Source of the DNA: Anthoceros angustus
Lineage: Eukaryota > Plantae > Anthocerotophyta
Assembly: GCA_010909165.1 (NCBI GenBank)
Contig: MU008235.1
Span: 8,007 to 72,006, forward strand
DNA length: 64,000 nt
Direction: 5' to 3'
Position 1 is the first letter of the stretch. Each line of letters starts with the position of its first letter. The notes under the pieces are model-generated. The model searched no databases. It saw only the letters and a program-made list of their open reading frames with translations, and was not told the DNA's origin. Below are positions 35,485-48,312 of this stretch, in pieces. The position numbers and the translations under genes were made by a program.

Positions 35485-36643
35485 ATGGCTTCGTCCCTCT
35501 TCTCCGCTGCTCCCCCTTCCGCGTTGGTCTCGGATCACGGTTGCAGCCACGCCGCCGTGCCCGCGATCGCCAGGCTGAGCTCGAGCTCAGCCAGATGCTC
35601 TTTGGAGTGGCGCATTCTGTGCAAAGGCGGGCAGTCGCATGGCAGACTTGTCCGGGCCACGGGCAAGCGTCTCTCGGGGCCTGTGGCCGTTCGGGATTCC
35701 TCTGAGGCTGGTAACCATGGCACGGCCCCAGACGCCCCACCTGCACCTGAGGTTGCCAGAACCACTTCCAGGAGAACAATGACCCAGCAGCTGGGCACCC
35801 TGCTAGCACTGGGAATGGGACTGGGACTCGGACTGCCGGTACCGTACACCAGAGCCCAGCAAGGGTCAGGGTGCACTGATCTAACTCTTGCGCCCAATGG
35901 TTTAGCATTCTGTGACACCTCTGCAGGAGATGGTTTGGCAGCATCCGCAGGCTTGCTGATCAAGGTGCAAAGTCCCTCATGCTGGCTCTTCCACTATCTG
36001 TTTGCGACCTTCCTTCATGAGCCTGCCATTGTTAATACCGTTCAGCTGTTCCTGTCGAGCTGCAGGCGCACTACACAGGAAGGTTAGAGGATGGAACTGT
36101 TTTCGATAGTAGCTATAAAAGAGGAAAGCCCTTGGTATTTAGAGTTGGCGTGGGAGAGGTAAGGCCTGGACCACCCTGGCCTGGATAACAATGCTATGCT
36201 TGTTCCTTCGAGCACTGGACCAAACAAATGTCTCACATGTTGCAAGGGTCCATCATGATGCAGGTCATCAAGGGATGGGATCAAGGCATCATTGGAGCTG
36301 AAGGCATTCCTCCTATGTTAGCAGGTTGCCCAAGCCCCTTGCTTCCCTGCAGTACCTAGCGCTCCAGGCTCGCTCATCTACTCACTCGTATCATCACATT
36401 CGCAGGTGGGAAGCGGACTCTACGGATTCCACCCGAGCTCGGCTATGGGGATCGAGGGGCCGGTTGTAGAGCAGGTAATCTCCTTCATCCCTCAGCTCGA
36501 CGCTTAGCTACTCACCCAGACTCAAGCTGGTGATGGTGTTGTCGAATTATAATACTTAGTTTTGAAAATGTTATGCAGGATCTTGCATTATCCCACCCCG
36601 TGCGGTGCTCATCTTTGACGTGGAGTTCGTCGGAAAAGCTTGA
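35485..36643 (+). CDS. FKBP13: Chloroplast thylakoid-lumen FKBP-type peptidyl-prolyl isomerase (FKBP13-like, about 255 aa, 5 exons)
   Basis: Exons 35485-35964, 36066-36158, 36264-36324, 36406-36474 and 36579-36643. Transit peptide, twin-Arg SRR with a hydrophobic stretch and TRA cleavage site, AHYTGRLEDGTVFDSSY, VIKGWDQG, and both FKBP13 Cys pairs (GCTD...AFC and GCRAGSC). Confidence 0.93.
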
Positions 36644-37348
36644 GATGATGACATTGTCAGTCCTGCGCGCTCCGGGGAGTTTTGTATTTAGCTTGCAACG
36701 CGAGTTGCATGGCCGGAACTGCCTGGCGCTTCTGCGTTGCCGTCACGCTTGTGTGGCAGCAGCTGTGACTGTTGGACAAGGAGAATGTCACAAATTCTGA
36801 CAGATTGTAGCTAATTCGCTTAACCATGCCCCCAATTGACCACCCGATTCTCACTCACTTCCGGCAGTTCGGATTTGTCACATACTTCAAGCCTCTCAAC
36901 TATCCGTAAACAGCTTACGTTCTTCACATCCTTCATCTGCTCTTACAGACTCAGCAGGCAATAGCAGGTGACCACCTCTCTTATCTCCTCTATCATGCTC
37001 ACCCAGAAGTCCTCCTAGACTGACCCACCACATGTGGAGGGATCCCCATGTCCACCACCCAAACAAGAAAGGAAAATCCTTAGCTTTCACCGCAACACAA
37101 TCTCAGCTACGCTTTCACTTCAAGGGCCCGTTTCGAACACTGCCTTGTGTATCTGCCAGTGAATGTGGAGATGCACATGATCTGAAAATATTCTTTATAT
37201 ATGTACTGACAAGGTTAATGAAAAAGAAGGGAAAGGGCTCACCGATAAGAGGGATTGTGATCAGCGGAGAGAACAAATACGTGAAAGGGGGCCCACTAGG
37301 CCCATATGGGTGCGATCTGTACACCAAAGATTGTTTAAGAAGACGTTA

Positions 37349-39060
37349 TTACTTCGAACTTGGAAGGATGTCTGGTCCCAGCTTTCTCTGGATGGCTGCA
37401 GCAGCCTGCACAGCACAACATACGTCAGTGACCACGTCGTAAATGGTCCAAGGAACACGTCCCTTAAACTACTGCTGCAGACCTCCAGATTTCCCAAACG
37501 AAATTGATACTGCATTTCCTCTCGCAGATGTGCCTGATCCCGCATTGCTTGGGCCTACAAAGAAACCATGAAACAATCTCAGATACTGGCAGGAACATGA
37601 AGAAGTGGGGCTTCATCATCACCAATTTTACTATACCTGTCCAGAAGCCAAGATAGAACGCTTCAAAGCATCAACTTCTACTTCCTTTTGTTGTTCCCTC
37701 TCCCTCCTCAGCTCCACTCTGAAACCGCACTCCAAAGAAATATTCAGCTTGAGAAGTATCTCAATCAACCAGCTACAACAAAGGCACTACAAATGGCTTG
37801 AAGTTGAGATACATGCATACTGCGGAGAATCTCATTCTCACCTCCTTTGCTCCTCATCATTGAACTCAATTCTTTCAAAACTTTCAGCTTTCAGTCCCTT
37901 GGCCCTCGCCCTAAAGAGCTTTCGTCGATGATATATGTCCAGATCATAGTACCTAACAGTAAATCATGTCAACTCTTCAAACTAATGACAATTCACAAGG
38001 ACTTTGTGACCACAACATGAACTTTGAGCTGAGAACCGTTTAATCCTGCCCGACACATGCTGCAAATACAACGTGATATCCTATCCATGCGCTGCGGTTG
38101 GCACCCCGTCATTGCACACTAGCCATAAAGATGCTTCACATTCCCCAACAAACCCCCAGAACTGTAAACCTTGCAGGAGTCAAACATCCAAGCAAATGTA
38201 AGGTGGTGTTGTTTACTTCTTCGAAGGGAAGGTGGCTGTGTTATAGTCCTCCATGTACCTGCAAGGGTAACACCGAATATGAGACATGAAAGGCATGAAC
38301 TATTGTAGGCAGCACGTGGGTCAGACTGAAAATAGGACAGGACAGAGAACAGGATTTGAGCAAAACGCCTACTCTTTGAACATTTGCTTCTCTTCCCAAG
38401 TTGACAGAGTTTCCATATTGACCTGCAATGCCAGAAGAACGGCATTACTGCACTGTCAAGGAATTAGCCCCCCAACCAGGAGCCACTAAACAAAACACAC
38501 CTTTTTCACCTCGCCCAACCAGGCACTGAACTCGGGCCGTTTGTTCCTGCGCACAATAAGCTACAAGCCTAAGCAACCCGATCATACATTCTCAACTTGC
38601 AGCACCTACCCTCAGAAAGAGAATGCTCTCAAGTCGGAGGCAGCTGCTTTTCGGCTCCAAAGCACCAAAAACATGGAACTAACCACATATCAATCTCTTT
38701 GAGAAGGCCATATTTTCCCCAGGAGGACGTAATCGGTCGCTTGGCTAGTTGACCCGCTTTCTCCTTCTTCCGCTTCCTCTTATCTTCCTTCGATTTCTTC
38801 TTGTCTCCCTTTCTTTTCTTCGATCTCTCCTCCGACTTCCCCCTCCTTCTGCTGAGCTCGTCCGCTTCCCCTTTCTGTTTACTATCTCTGCTGGACTTTC
38901 TACGTTTGCGCTTAACATTCCTGCCAGAGTCCTCAGTATCGGACCCACTACTACTGCTGGATGAATCAGTGTCAAATCCTTGGTCTGGTGATCGAGACCT
39001 CAGCCTCCGCTTCCGGTGTTTGTGCCCACTAGTCCTTTCCTCCCTTCTGCGTGTGTCCAT
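37349..39060 (-). CDS. Conserved uncharacterised Lys/Arg/Ser-rich nuclear-type protein (about 278 aa, 8 exons)
   Basis: Exons 39060-38684, 38546-38501, 38422-38373, 38258-38217, 37952-37842, 37718-37637, 37554-37483 and 37405-37349 give 837 nt in frame. The ordered domain reads SWGKYG..KEIDMWNKRPEFSAWLGEVKKVNME...WEEKQMFKEYMEDYNTATFPSKKYYDL...FNDEEQRR...AMRDQAHLREEM. Confidence 0.88.
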
Positions 39061-39258
39061 CAAGTGGCCTATCTGCTACCTCCCCTATGCTCCCTGATTG
39101 CTTGGTTGCTCAAGACTCTGCCGCTCTGCAATAAAGCCACGGAATCGCTTGCCTGTAACCTAAGGGAAGCTTTCTTGTGGAGATGAGATCGGCTCTGGAT
39201 CCTCCTGAGAATTTCCGAAGTACGTGCATATAGCAAGGTTTATGTAAATAGGTTTACA

Positions 39259-42200
39259 TTAACAAAGCTGGCTTGAGTGCTTTGCAAGAAAGCTCCATAC
39301 AGAGGCATGTTTAGAAGAGCAGCTTACTAAGAGCATGTTAAGCATGCAGCCCTAGGAAGTGTGGTAGTAAATAATAGCTTAAAGCTTAAGTAAGTAGTTA
39401 CTAAGATTGTAGCTAGGGCTTGAGTATAAAGGAGAGCCTCAGGCTAAAGACAGTTCGGCCTTGAGAGCACTTGATGCTTGGTTGCCTTGAGCACTTGCTT
39501 GGGCTGTGCCTTGAGAGCACTTGATGCTTGGGCTATGCCTTGAGAGCACTTGTTGCTTGGGCTGTAAGCACAAGAGTCTTGTGAAGGAGCTTTGTGGAGG
39601 AGGTCAAGTGAAGAGAGCTAAGCTCCTAGCTTAGGCAAAGATGGGGAGTTCTCTCTAGCCCTCCAGCTCTATGTTCTTGTTGACTCGTGATCTAAGAATA
39701 AAGAGCAGCAAGAGTCTTGTCTGAGTCCTCCTAGAAGAGGAGGGCTACTTGGAGGCCTAGTCTCGTGTTGATTTATTACTAGTTTGCTTCTAATCGTGGT
39801 TTCCCCACCGTTGAGGGTGTTACTTGTGGTATCGAGCATAGGTTGAAGCATCTTTGACTAGTAGTGGTGGAGATGGCGAGATCTGCGAGCCAAGTAGAGT
39901 GGAAAGGATCGCCCGGAAGATAAGGCCCGCTTCAAGCGTGGAAGAGCCGCAGTCCGCAAGTTGTGAGCAGGGAGGAAGGAACTTGAGGCAGGAGGCACCA
40001 CCATAGAGGACCAGCTCCAAAAGATCATGAGGAGACTTGATGCCATGGATCGGAGATTAAAGGCGTGCTCGTTGAAGAAGAGCGGAAGAAGTGGAGCTGA
40101 GCAGAGCGATCCAAAAGTCTAAGAAGTTGAGGTATCTGAGGCCCCAAAGACTTATAAAGGCGGCGTGGCGTAGAAAATCAGTTCTTGGTTTTCTCTTTGG
40201 GCGTACCTCGAATCATGCGAGTGCAAGATGAGTAGTCTGAAGCACGTCACGAATTTCTTAGAGGATTATGCTCTTACTTGGTGGAGGACTTACGTTGAGA
40301 AGCGTAAGGCAAGGCAATCGAGCCACAATCTTCACATGGGCGGACTTCAAGCAAGCGCAACTCCGTTTCCAACCCGCTAATGCGTGAGTTTGGCGCGAAG
40401 GATGCTCGACAATGTCAAGCATCGGAACTTTGCGGGAGTATGTGAGTGAGTTTAGCTCTATTGTCTTGCAATGTCCAGAGATGCATGAGCGGGACAAACT
40501 CCACAAGTTTATCAACGGCCTTAAGAGATGGGCTCAAAATAGGATAGCTTTGACTAATCCTCAAACGCAAGAGGCCATGGCGGCGGATGCCATACGGATA
40601 TGTTTATTCAAGAGGCACCGGTATCAAGAGGAAGATATCCTAGGTCTCGTGGTAGATCTAGGCGGGGCGAGCTACCACCACTGAATAGTGGAACTAATGA
40701 GACTACTGGCAGAGGCCGAGCTAGAGGAGATAATAGGGGTCGTGGAAGACGACGAATAGTGCCTAGCTCAGGTGTGTGCTACAGTTGCGAAGAATAGGGA
40801 CACTTTGCTAGGAATTGTCCGCATGTTGGAACTCCCAACTTGAATTTGGTTGCTGCCAATCCACCTGTTCCAAGAGCGAGGATCCAAGAACTTCCAGGTG
40901 ACGCCAGGGGCCACATGTTGTGAAGACATGTGGTGAGTCATCTAGTGTCAAGGATGACACTGTAATGAGGAAGGGTGGAGATCTCATGTACATATGTGGG
41001 AAGATGAATGGCTTAGATGTAGAGTTGTTGTTGGATTCTGCAGCCACCCACAATTTTATAACTCCTAGTAAGGCAAGAGAGCTTGGTCTTGAATGGACTG
41101 AAACCTCCACGCCATATGGAATCAAGCAAGCTAAAGGGACTCGCAATTTGGCGGTGCATGGAGTAAGGCAAGTTGAAGCATGGCAAGGAAATGTGAGTTT
41201 CACGATCGTCGAGATGGATGACCATGATATCATCTTAGGCACAGGTGGATGAGATCCAATGAAGTGTATATGGATGTTAAGTCTCGCACTATTGAGATAT
41301 CCAGAAGCACAAGGTGAGTTGTGCTAGTGTTAGCCGAGCTTGAGACTCCATCGATCTGATTTCAAAAGAGAGCTTAAGAAGATCTCAAGAAAAAGAAGGA
41401 GCTATACTTAGCTATGTTAAGAAGATTCCGGTTGAAGGGTGCCAAGTACACTATTTGATCTGATGGTAGGGTACTATCAGATCAGAATTGCTGAGGGGCA
41501 TGAGTACAAAATAGCTTGTAGGACCAGGTATGGGGCTTTTGAATTTCTGGTCATGCCATTTGGACTTACTAATGCACCTGCCACATTTCAGACACTTATG
41601 AATACTATATTCATAGATGGATGACATTTTGATCTTTAGCCATACCTTGGAGGAACATGCTGAACACTTAAGAGAAGTGTTACAAAAGCTAAGAGAGAAT
41701 TCTTTGTTCTTGGCAATCAAGAAGTGTGATTTAAATCAAGGATTCCATTCTTAGGTTTTATTGTCTCTGAGGGCATCGGATGGATCGATAAAGTTAAAGC
41801 CATTCAAGATTGGCCCCTGGAACATTCATGAGTCGGGCTTTATGGGTTTGGCCACATGTGCAGGAGGTTTGTACATATGTTTGCTAAGATAGCGGCATAG
41901 CGACCTCTTGAAGACATCAAAAGCTTGGAAGTGGGATCTTTGATTGTCAAGCAGCCTTTGAATGAAAAGAAGTTGAGTACTACTCGGTGTTGGGAATGTA
42001 TGACCCCAAGAAAGATGTAGAAGTGTATTGTGATGCCTCGGACATGGCTATAGGTGGAGTTTTGATGCGGGACCAAAAGCCGTTAGCTTTTGAGTCAAGG
42101 AAGTTGCATCCTTATGAGATGAAGTATCCCACCTATGAGAAATGGCTGCGTCATCCTTTGTCTAAAGGCTTGGAGACTATCTCTTGGGTAGGTCTTTTGT

Positions 42201-44486
42201 CGTATCGATAATATCGATTACAACATACTTCTCCAACCAATTGAAGTTGAATGCGAGACAAGCTAGATGGCGTGATTCCTAGCTATGTATGATGTGACTC
42301 TAAAATATAAACTGGAAAGGAGAATAAGGTTGCGGCGTCGCAAAGCAGTCAAGGGAAGGCAATGGCAAGTGTGATTGAGCTGTGGATACTCACAAAGAGA
42401 TTAAGGAAGCTTATCGCAAGATCCTGAAGAATCGGATGAATGGGGTGGCGAGAAGGAAGCAAGTTCAACTTAGAGATGGTTTGTTGATATACAAATGTAA
42501 GAGAGTTGTGATTCCTAACTCAGGCTTGAAGAAGAAGTTACTTCGAATGTCATGATGTGCCAAGTCTGGTCACCGTGGAGGTGATTCAACTTATGAGAAG
42601 TTGAAGAAGGCATTTCTTGGCGAGGAATGTATCAAGATACATTAGACTATGTCAAGGCATGTCTTTTGTCGGAGGATAAGGTAGAAACAGGCTAAACCAA
42701 GAGGTTTGTTACCTACCTATTCCAAGAGGGCCATGGAAAAGTATTTCTATGGACTTCATCATGCCTTTGCCTCCCGATAATGGTTATCACTATCATGACG
42801 GTGGATATAGGTTCACCGAGCAAGCGCACTTCATCCCACCAAGAAGCGGTGGCGCTTAGGCATAACTTGTTCAAGAAGTATGTGTACAAGTATCATGGCT
42901 TGCGTCAGTTAATGAGTGATAGAGATCCAAGATTCACGGAGAATTTTGGCAACACTTGATGAGAAGTTTGAATGTGCGATTATGCATGAGTACGCATACC
43001 ATCCGGATCTTGATGGGCTAACAGGCGAGTCAACCGAATCCAAGAAGAATACTTGAGGCACTATGTGCGATTGATCGAGAGATTGGGCTGATCATCTTGA
43101 TGATGCGGAGTTTTGTTACAATAACCATACATAGCTCCTGGGATATAGTCCCTTTGAGATGAGTGGAACTCTACGGATGTAGTATCCATGCTAAATCTGA
43201 AGTTTTCGATACTACCACGGAGATCCACGCCAATTTGTTGAGCTTGAAGGCTAGGCATGAGATTGCCAAAAGATATTAGCCAAGGCTCAAACGCGTCAAA
43301 GAGATATCTTGATAAGCACGGAGAAAGCTGTCTTCAATGTTGGGGATAAGGTTTGGGTGAAATTGAAGCATTTCACACTTCAAGGTTTGTCTCTAAAGTT
43401 GAGGCCAAAGTATGGAGGTCCTTATGTTGTCTGAGCGCATTGGAGAAGTCGCTTATAAGTTGGACTTACTGTTGGATTTTTGCACACAATGTGTTTCATG
43501 TATCAATGCTGAAGCCATTTGTGCCAGGCAAAGAGAAAGAGGACATGGACAGGAAGAAGTACAGTATCCTCGTGCAGCATGATCAAGGACTGCGGGAGAT
43601 TGAAGAATTCCTTGCAAAAGGTAGCGTGGCTACAAGACGTGGAACTCTACCACAATACATGGTAAAGTTACGTGGGATCTCAATACCAGTTTGGGTAACA
43701 CTAGAGGATATCCGGAAAGGCTCTTGGATGATTGCTCTTACCTTGGTTATCACGAGGCGTGATTCTTCCTAGTGGGGAGGAAGTAACAAAGTGGCTTGAG
43801 TGCTTTGCAAGAAAGCTCCATGCGAGGCATGTTTAGAAGAGCAGCTTACTAAGAGCATGTTAAGCATGCAGCCCTAGGAAGTGTGATAGTAAATAATAGC
43901 TTAAAGCTTAAGTAAGTAGTTACTAAGATTGTAGCTAGGGCTTGAGTATAAAAGGAGATTTCGCCCTGGGCTAAAGACAATTTAGTTCAGCCTTGAGAGC
44001 ACTTGATGCTTGGGCTGTGCCTTGAGAGCACTTGTTGCTTTGGCTGTGCCTTGAGAGCACTTGATGCTTGGGCTATGCCTTGAGAGCACTTGTTGCTTGG
44101 GTTGTGCCTTGAGAGCACTTGTTGCTTGGGCTGTGCCTTGAGAGCACTTGATGCTTGGGCTATGCCTTGAGAGCACTTGTTGCTTGGGCTGTAAGCACCT
44201 AAGGGGAGTGTTGTGAAGGAGCTTTGTGGAGGAGGTCAAGTGGAGGGAGAGCTAAGCTCCTAGCTTAGGCAAAGATGGGGAGTTCTCTCGAGCCCTCCAG
44301 CTCTGTATGTTCTTGTTGACTCGTGGTTTGAGAATAAAGAGCAGCGGCAAGGGTGCTGTCTGCGAGTCCTCCTAGAAGAGGAGGGCGAGGTACTTGGAGG
44401 CCTAGTGCTAGGTCTGGTGTTGATTTATTACCTTGGTTTTTGCTTCTAAGTACGTGGTTTTCCCCACCCCGTTGAGGGGGTGTTAT
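39259..44486 (+). mobile_element. Ty3/gypsy chromovirus (Galadriel-like by inference) with both LTRs; internally deleted and frameshifted
   Basis: LTRs at about 39259-39823 and 43782-44486; PBS TGGTATCGAGC at 39827; PPT AGTGGGGAGGA at about 43771. Gag FINGLKRWAQ, knuckle CYSCEE.GHFARNCP, protease LLDSAATHNFI, RT YYQIRI...[13 protein letters not shown], RNase H DASDMAIGGVL, integrase, and a chromodomain-like end. The N-terminal part of RT appears deleted near 41430. Confidence 0.92.
43990..44192 (+). repeat. 29-bp tandem repeat in the 3' LTR (7 units; 4 units in the 5' LTR at 39458-39565)
   Basis: Unit GCCTTGAGAGCACTTG(A/T)TGCTTGGGCT(G/A)T. Confidence 0.95.
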
Positions 44487-46821
44487 TTTTACGGTAAATT
44501 GATACCCATCACTGGGAATTTATTATATATACGTCTGAGATTGTTTTTTAGTATAAATAATATGATACATTAATAAGAACAACAAGATCCTGACTTAACA
44601 GTTTAAGAATAGAAATTGAAATTGGTAACCCAAAAGACTAAGCTGCAATCTAAATATAATAATATAGACCATACAGACTAGGGAGGTAAAAATACCGGAC
44701 GAAAAGTAAGGCACTCCCACCAAGAAGGTAGAAGTTACCCTAATTTAACTTATACTTTAGGAATTCGGACACAGTTTCAACAACTCTTCAACAATAGGAT
44801 CATAATTTTCATCCAATAACAGTTGAAAGTGATGAATCGCATGTTTGAGATGAAGTTGATGAAGGTCTCACTTAATGAAGGTCTCGATTAGAACGTCATC
44901 TCACGAGCCAAACCTCAAGGTACCACTCATAAGCAAGAGGTTTTTTACGGAACATTGCATGGTAACTAGATTTTTGAGGAAGTTCATCAAAGTTGTGAAA
45001 AGTTGTATTTCACGAAACACGAATTGGATAAATCTCAACTCCTTTATATCTTTATGCTTATGATATAGCAAGCATAAAGTTAAAAAGATTAATGTACATA
45101 TAATTGAAATTATCTTGAATATGCTTCTAGCAAAGCCTTTGAAGAGTAATGGACACACGTATTACAAAAACCAATGAAAAAAAAGTTACCTTACATGAGA
45201 GTGATGTGCCATGGGATTGATAGTGTTTTACCTTGTGTCTCCTCCTAAGGTACGATGTCCTATCTTCTTCCACTATCTGAGTACATTTTTATTTTACTTC
45301 CTTTTTCCTCAAAGCAATACCGTGGTTGATATATCTATTCAATAGAAAATATTTTTTTTTACTTTTGCCTTATAATATGGATATTATCTGGGCCCATGCC
45401 ATAATTTTAAAAATCTATGTGCTTGAAAATTGTGTGTGTGTAGTTAAGTATTATATATGTAAATATAAATAAATAGATAATTTTAGAAATTAATTTTACT
45501 TTGCGTAATAGCTTGCACCCAAACGAAATAATCAAATTAGACAGCGTGACATCTAATAGCCACATCAACCATCAACGGTAACAACTTCATTAACCTCAAG
45601 CCATAACATTCCTAAGATGACATCATACTTTTTATTTTAGAGGGTGATAAAAAAACGAAGAGACTCTTTCTATGGTCCGATACAAAGATTTATCGAGGTA
45701 CTCAAGTAAGTTCTTATGATACTCTATTCTAATGGGTCGAATACCCTATATCATATTTTTGTGAAAAACTTTGGAAAAGCTTGCATGTTGTGGTGAAGGA
45801 AGAATGGACTCTCATATCCATGCAGACCTTGACTTAAGAAAAAATGTACTCATACATTAGGACAAAGCTTCCAAACAAGGAAGTATAAATTGTGAGAAGT
45901 GTATTCAATTATGCGAATATCTAGATCCATTTGTTGAAAGATCTTGTAAATTATATTTTTTATTATAATTTTGATGATCAAGATAAGATAAATTTAATAT
46001 AAAAGTTCACACATACCTAGATTTGAAGATTGAATGATTGACTGCATACTTAGGAGAATAATATCTATAAAGAATAAAATATTGTAGGTATGGAGAGTAG
46101 TGTATAGACGAAAGTTGAAACCCGAATCACCTCTATCTCTATGATACAGGAGTGCAAGGCGGCCCGGCCCCCGGGGGCCCCTTCCATGAAATTGAGCTGC
46201 AGTGGCTTAAAACCGAAACCCTACGAAGGGGGGGATCTGACCCCATTTCACTTGGTGGCATTGCGTTGCATCTCATCGCAATGCTTTGTATGGGAGCGGG
46301 TTGGAGCGAGGTGGAGGTGGCTACACACTGTTGTGGCGCGACGTGAGGCGCGGCGAGTCGAGCTCCTGTCATGTCATATTTGAATGTATGTGGCCCAGGA
46401 CAAGGACAAGGACCAAGGAGCTTCAGTAGCTCATCTCCGCAGCCGCAGCCGCAGCCGCATCCGCATCCCTCATTAGTGGCTGCTGAAGCATTTTGGTGGT
46501 GGGCAATCCGGCTCTCAGTCCACCTGTTGAGCGCTGCAGATGCATTTCGGGTGAGATCTGGTCGTGATGCGGCGCCCCAAGGCGTGCACAAGCAGCTGCC
46601 GGACCACATCTGTCGCGGACTTGAGCCCAGCAGTGAGAAGGTGCTGCCGGCTCCCATCTGACAGGCGTGCTGCAACAGGCTCCTGCACGGGCCCCGAGAT
46701 TTCCCTCAAGATCTTGTAGCTGGTGGATGGTAGCTTTCCGCTCCGGGTGGGTAGACGCGTCTGCTCTGTTCTGCTCTTGTTTTAGTGACTAGCCCGCTCT
46801 TGCTTGGCGCTCAGAGGACCT

Positions 46822-48312
46822 ATGGCAGCGTCGGATTCCAGCTCCGTTCTTGGCATCGATGACCTACCGGCGAACAAGGTTTGCAATTGCCGGCTGCCGT
46901 GGCTGTCACGTGGACCAAGTCTGCCCTCCCTTAATTCGGGGAGCGCGTCCCAACAAATTGGCCAGCATACGAGTGGCAAGAGTTCCGGATCATGGGGCTT
47001 GTCCGGTGTGGGTAGGGCGTTCATAAGCAGGAGGAGACTGCGCTTGGATCCCGACAAGAAGTTATTCTTTCTGTGTGAGTTGCGGGGTCCTTGCTTTGTG
47101 ATTCATCCTTAGTCTGCGTCAGGCTTAGTTTGCTTGGCTTTCAGGCTTCATGAATAACTTGGTCTGAACGTTATGAACTCTTGTTGGGAACTCTTTGTAG
47201 ATGAACCCGGCAAACAGGTGTCCAGCGCTGTGAAGATAAAGAATGTCAGTAACAGCTACGTTGCATTCAAGGCAAGTTGACTTTGCACTTCGATGTTATG
47301 GACATTGACGTTGTACGCTAGGCATGAGATGGATTTTTTACGGACCAGTTTATAATTCCAGTTTCAAACAACTGCGCCCAAGAGCTGTTTTATGAGGCCA
47401 CCGGGGGGGGTGCTACCACCTAATGCCTCCATCATTGCCACGGGTGAGTGACTCGTCACCTTTCCTTGTTTCTTTTGCTATTTTGCGGGTAGAATGCCCT
47501 ATGGGCATAGTGTGCATGTGAGCCTAAATTGGTTTCTACGCATCTCTCACGTGATGTCTTCCGTAAACTTCAGTTGTGAAGTTTGTAGAGCAGCCTGAAC
47601 GGCCACATGACAAGAAACCGAAGGACAAGTTCAAGATTGTGAGCCTGTCTGTTAGGGAGGGCACAGAGTTCACTCCAGAGATGGTAAGACCGTTTTGCAC
47701 TTGCGCGGTGCTTCTTTGGTGTTTCCAGAAAATGTCTTGAGAGAACTGGACCGAGTATTCTGTTTGCTTTGCTGCATTTGCTTGCTAATATCCCGCTTGG
47801 ATCTTTTTAAACAGTTTGAGGAACAAAATGATGGTGTGGTGGTCGAGCAAATTTTGCGGGTTGTTTACATCGATCCCCAAAGGGCTGCCCCAGTACGTCC
47901 AGTGTCATTTGTGGATTGTTTGTCCAAGTTCAGCGAAGCAAGCGTATCCTGCAGTATCGTCCAAATTCTGTTCGTGCGCAAAGCTCACGTTTTGCTGTGT
48001 CGTTTGAGATAGGAAGAGATCGACAAGCTGAAAAAGCGGTTAGCTGAAGCGGAGGCCGCGAAGGAAGCCTTGAAGAAACCGCAAGAGAATAAGGCACCTA
48101 AACAGGAAGGATACGTCATTGATGAATGGGTCAGTTGTCGCGTTATTGCCTTGGATAGAGCTCGCATGCGCATGATTTGCTCGGTGATACATACTGGGAG
48201 GTTCTTTCTCATGTAGGTAAAAGGTTCTTCTTCTGTTGCCTGTTTGCAGAAGGAGCGGCGGGAGAAATATTTAGCTAGACAGCAGGTGGAAGGAGGCTCA
48301 GAATCGACTTGA
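46822..48312 (+). CDS. Vesicle-associated protein with MSP domain, VAP4/PVA4-type with no C-terminal TM helix (about 257 aa, 7 exons)
   Basis: Exons 46822-47074, 47201-47271, 47362-47443, 47574-47683, 47815-47892, 48013-48129 and 48250-48312. Reads RRRLRLDPDKKLFFLYEPGKQVSSAVKIKN..VAFKFQTTAPKSCFMRPPGG...KDKFKIVSL...EQILRVVYIDP...IDEWKERREKYLARQQVEG. Intron 2 is GC-AG. Confidence 0.92.

Noticed and set aside
39250-44495. Target-site duplication and LTR-divergence age for the chromovirus
   Set aside because: The termini are eroded and no matching 4-6 bp flanks are visible. LTR differences may be sequencing errors, so dating is unsafe.
44500-46130. AT-rich block as an organellar insertion or gene
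   Set aside because: No recognisable plastid or mitochondrial gene or RNA, and only short ORFs. It is treated as intergenic or ancient TE debris.
46139-46709. ORFs upstream of the VAP gene (178 aa on minus, 96 aa on plus)
   Set aside because: Low-complexity and without known motifs. The region is better explained as the promoter and 5' UTR, possibly with an intron, of the VAP gene.
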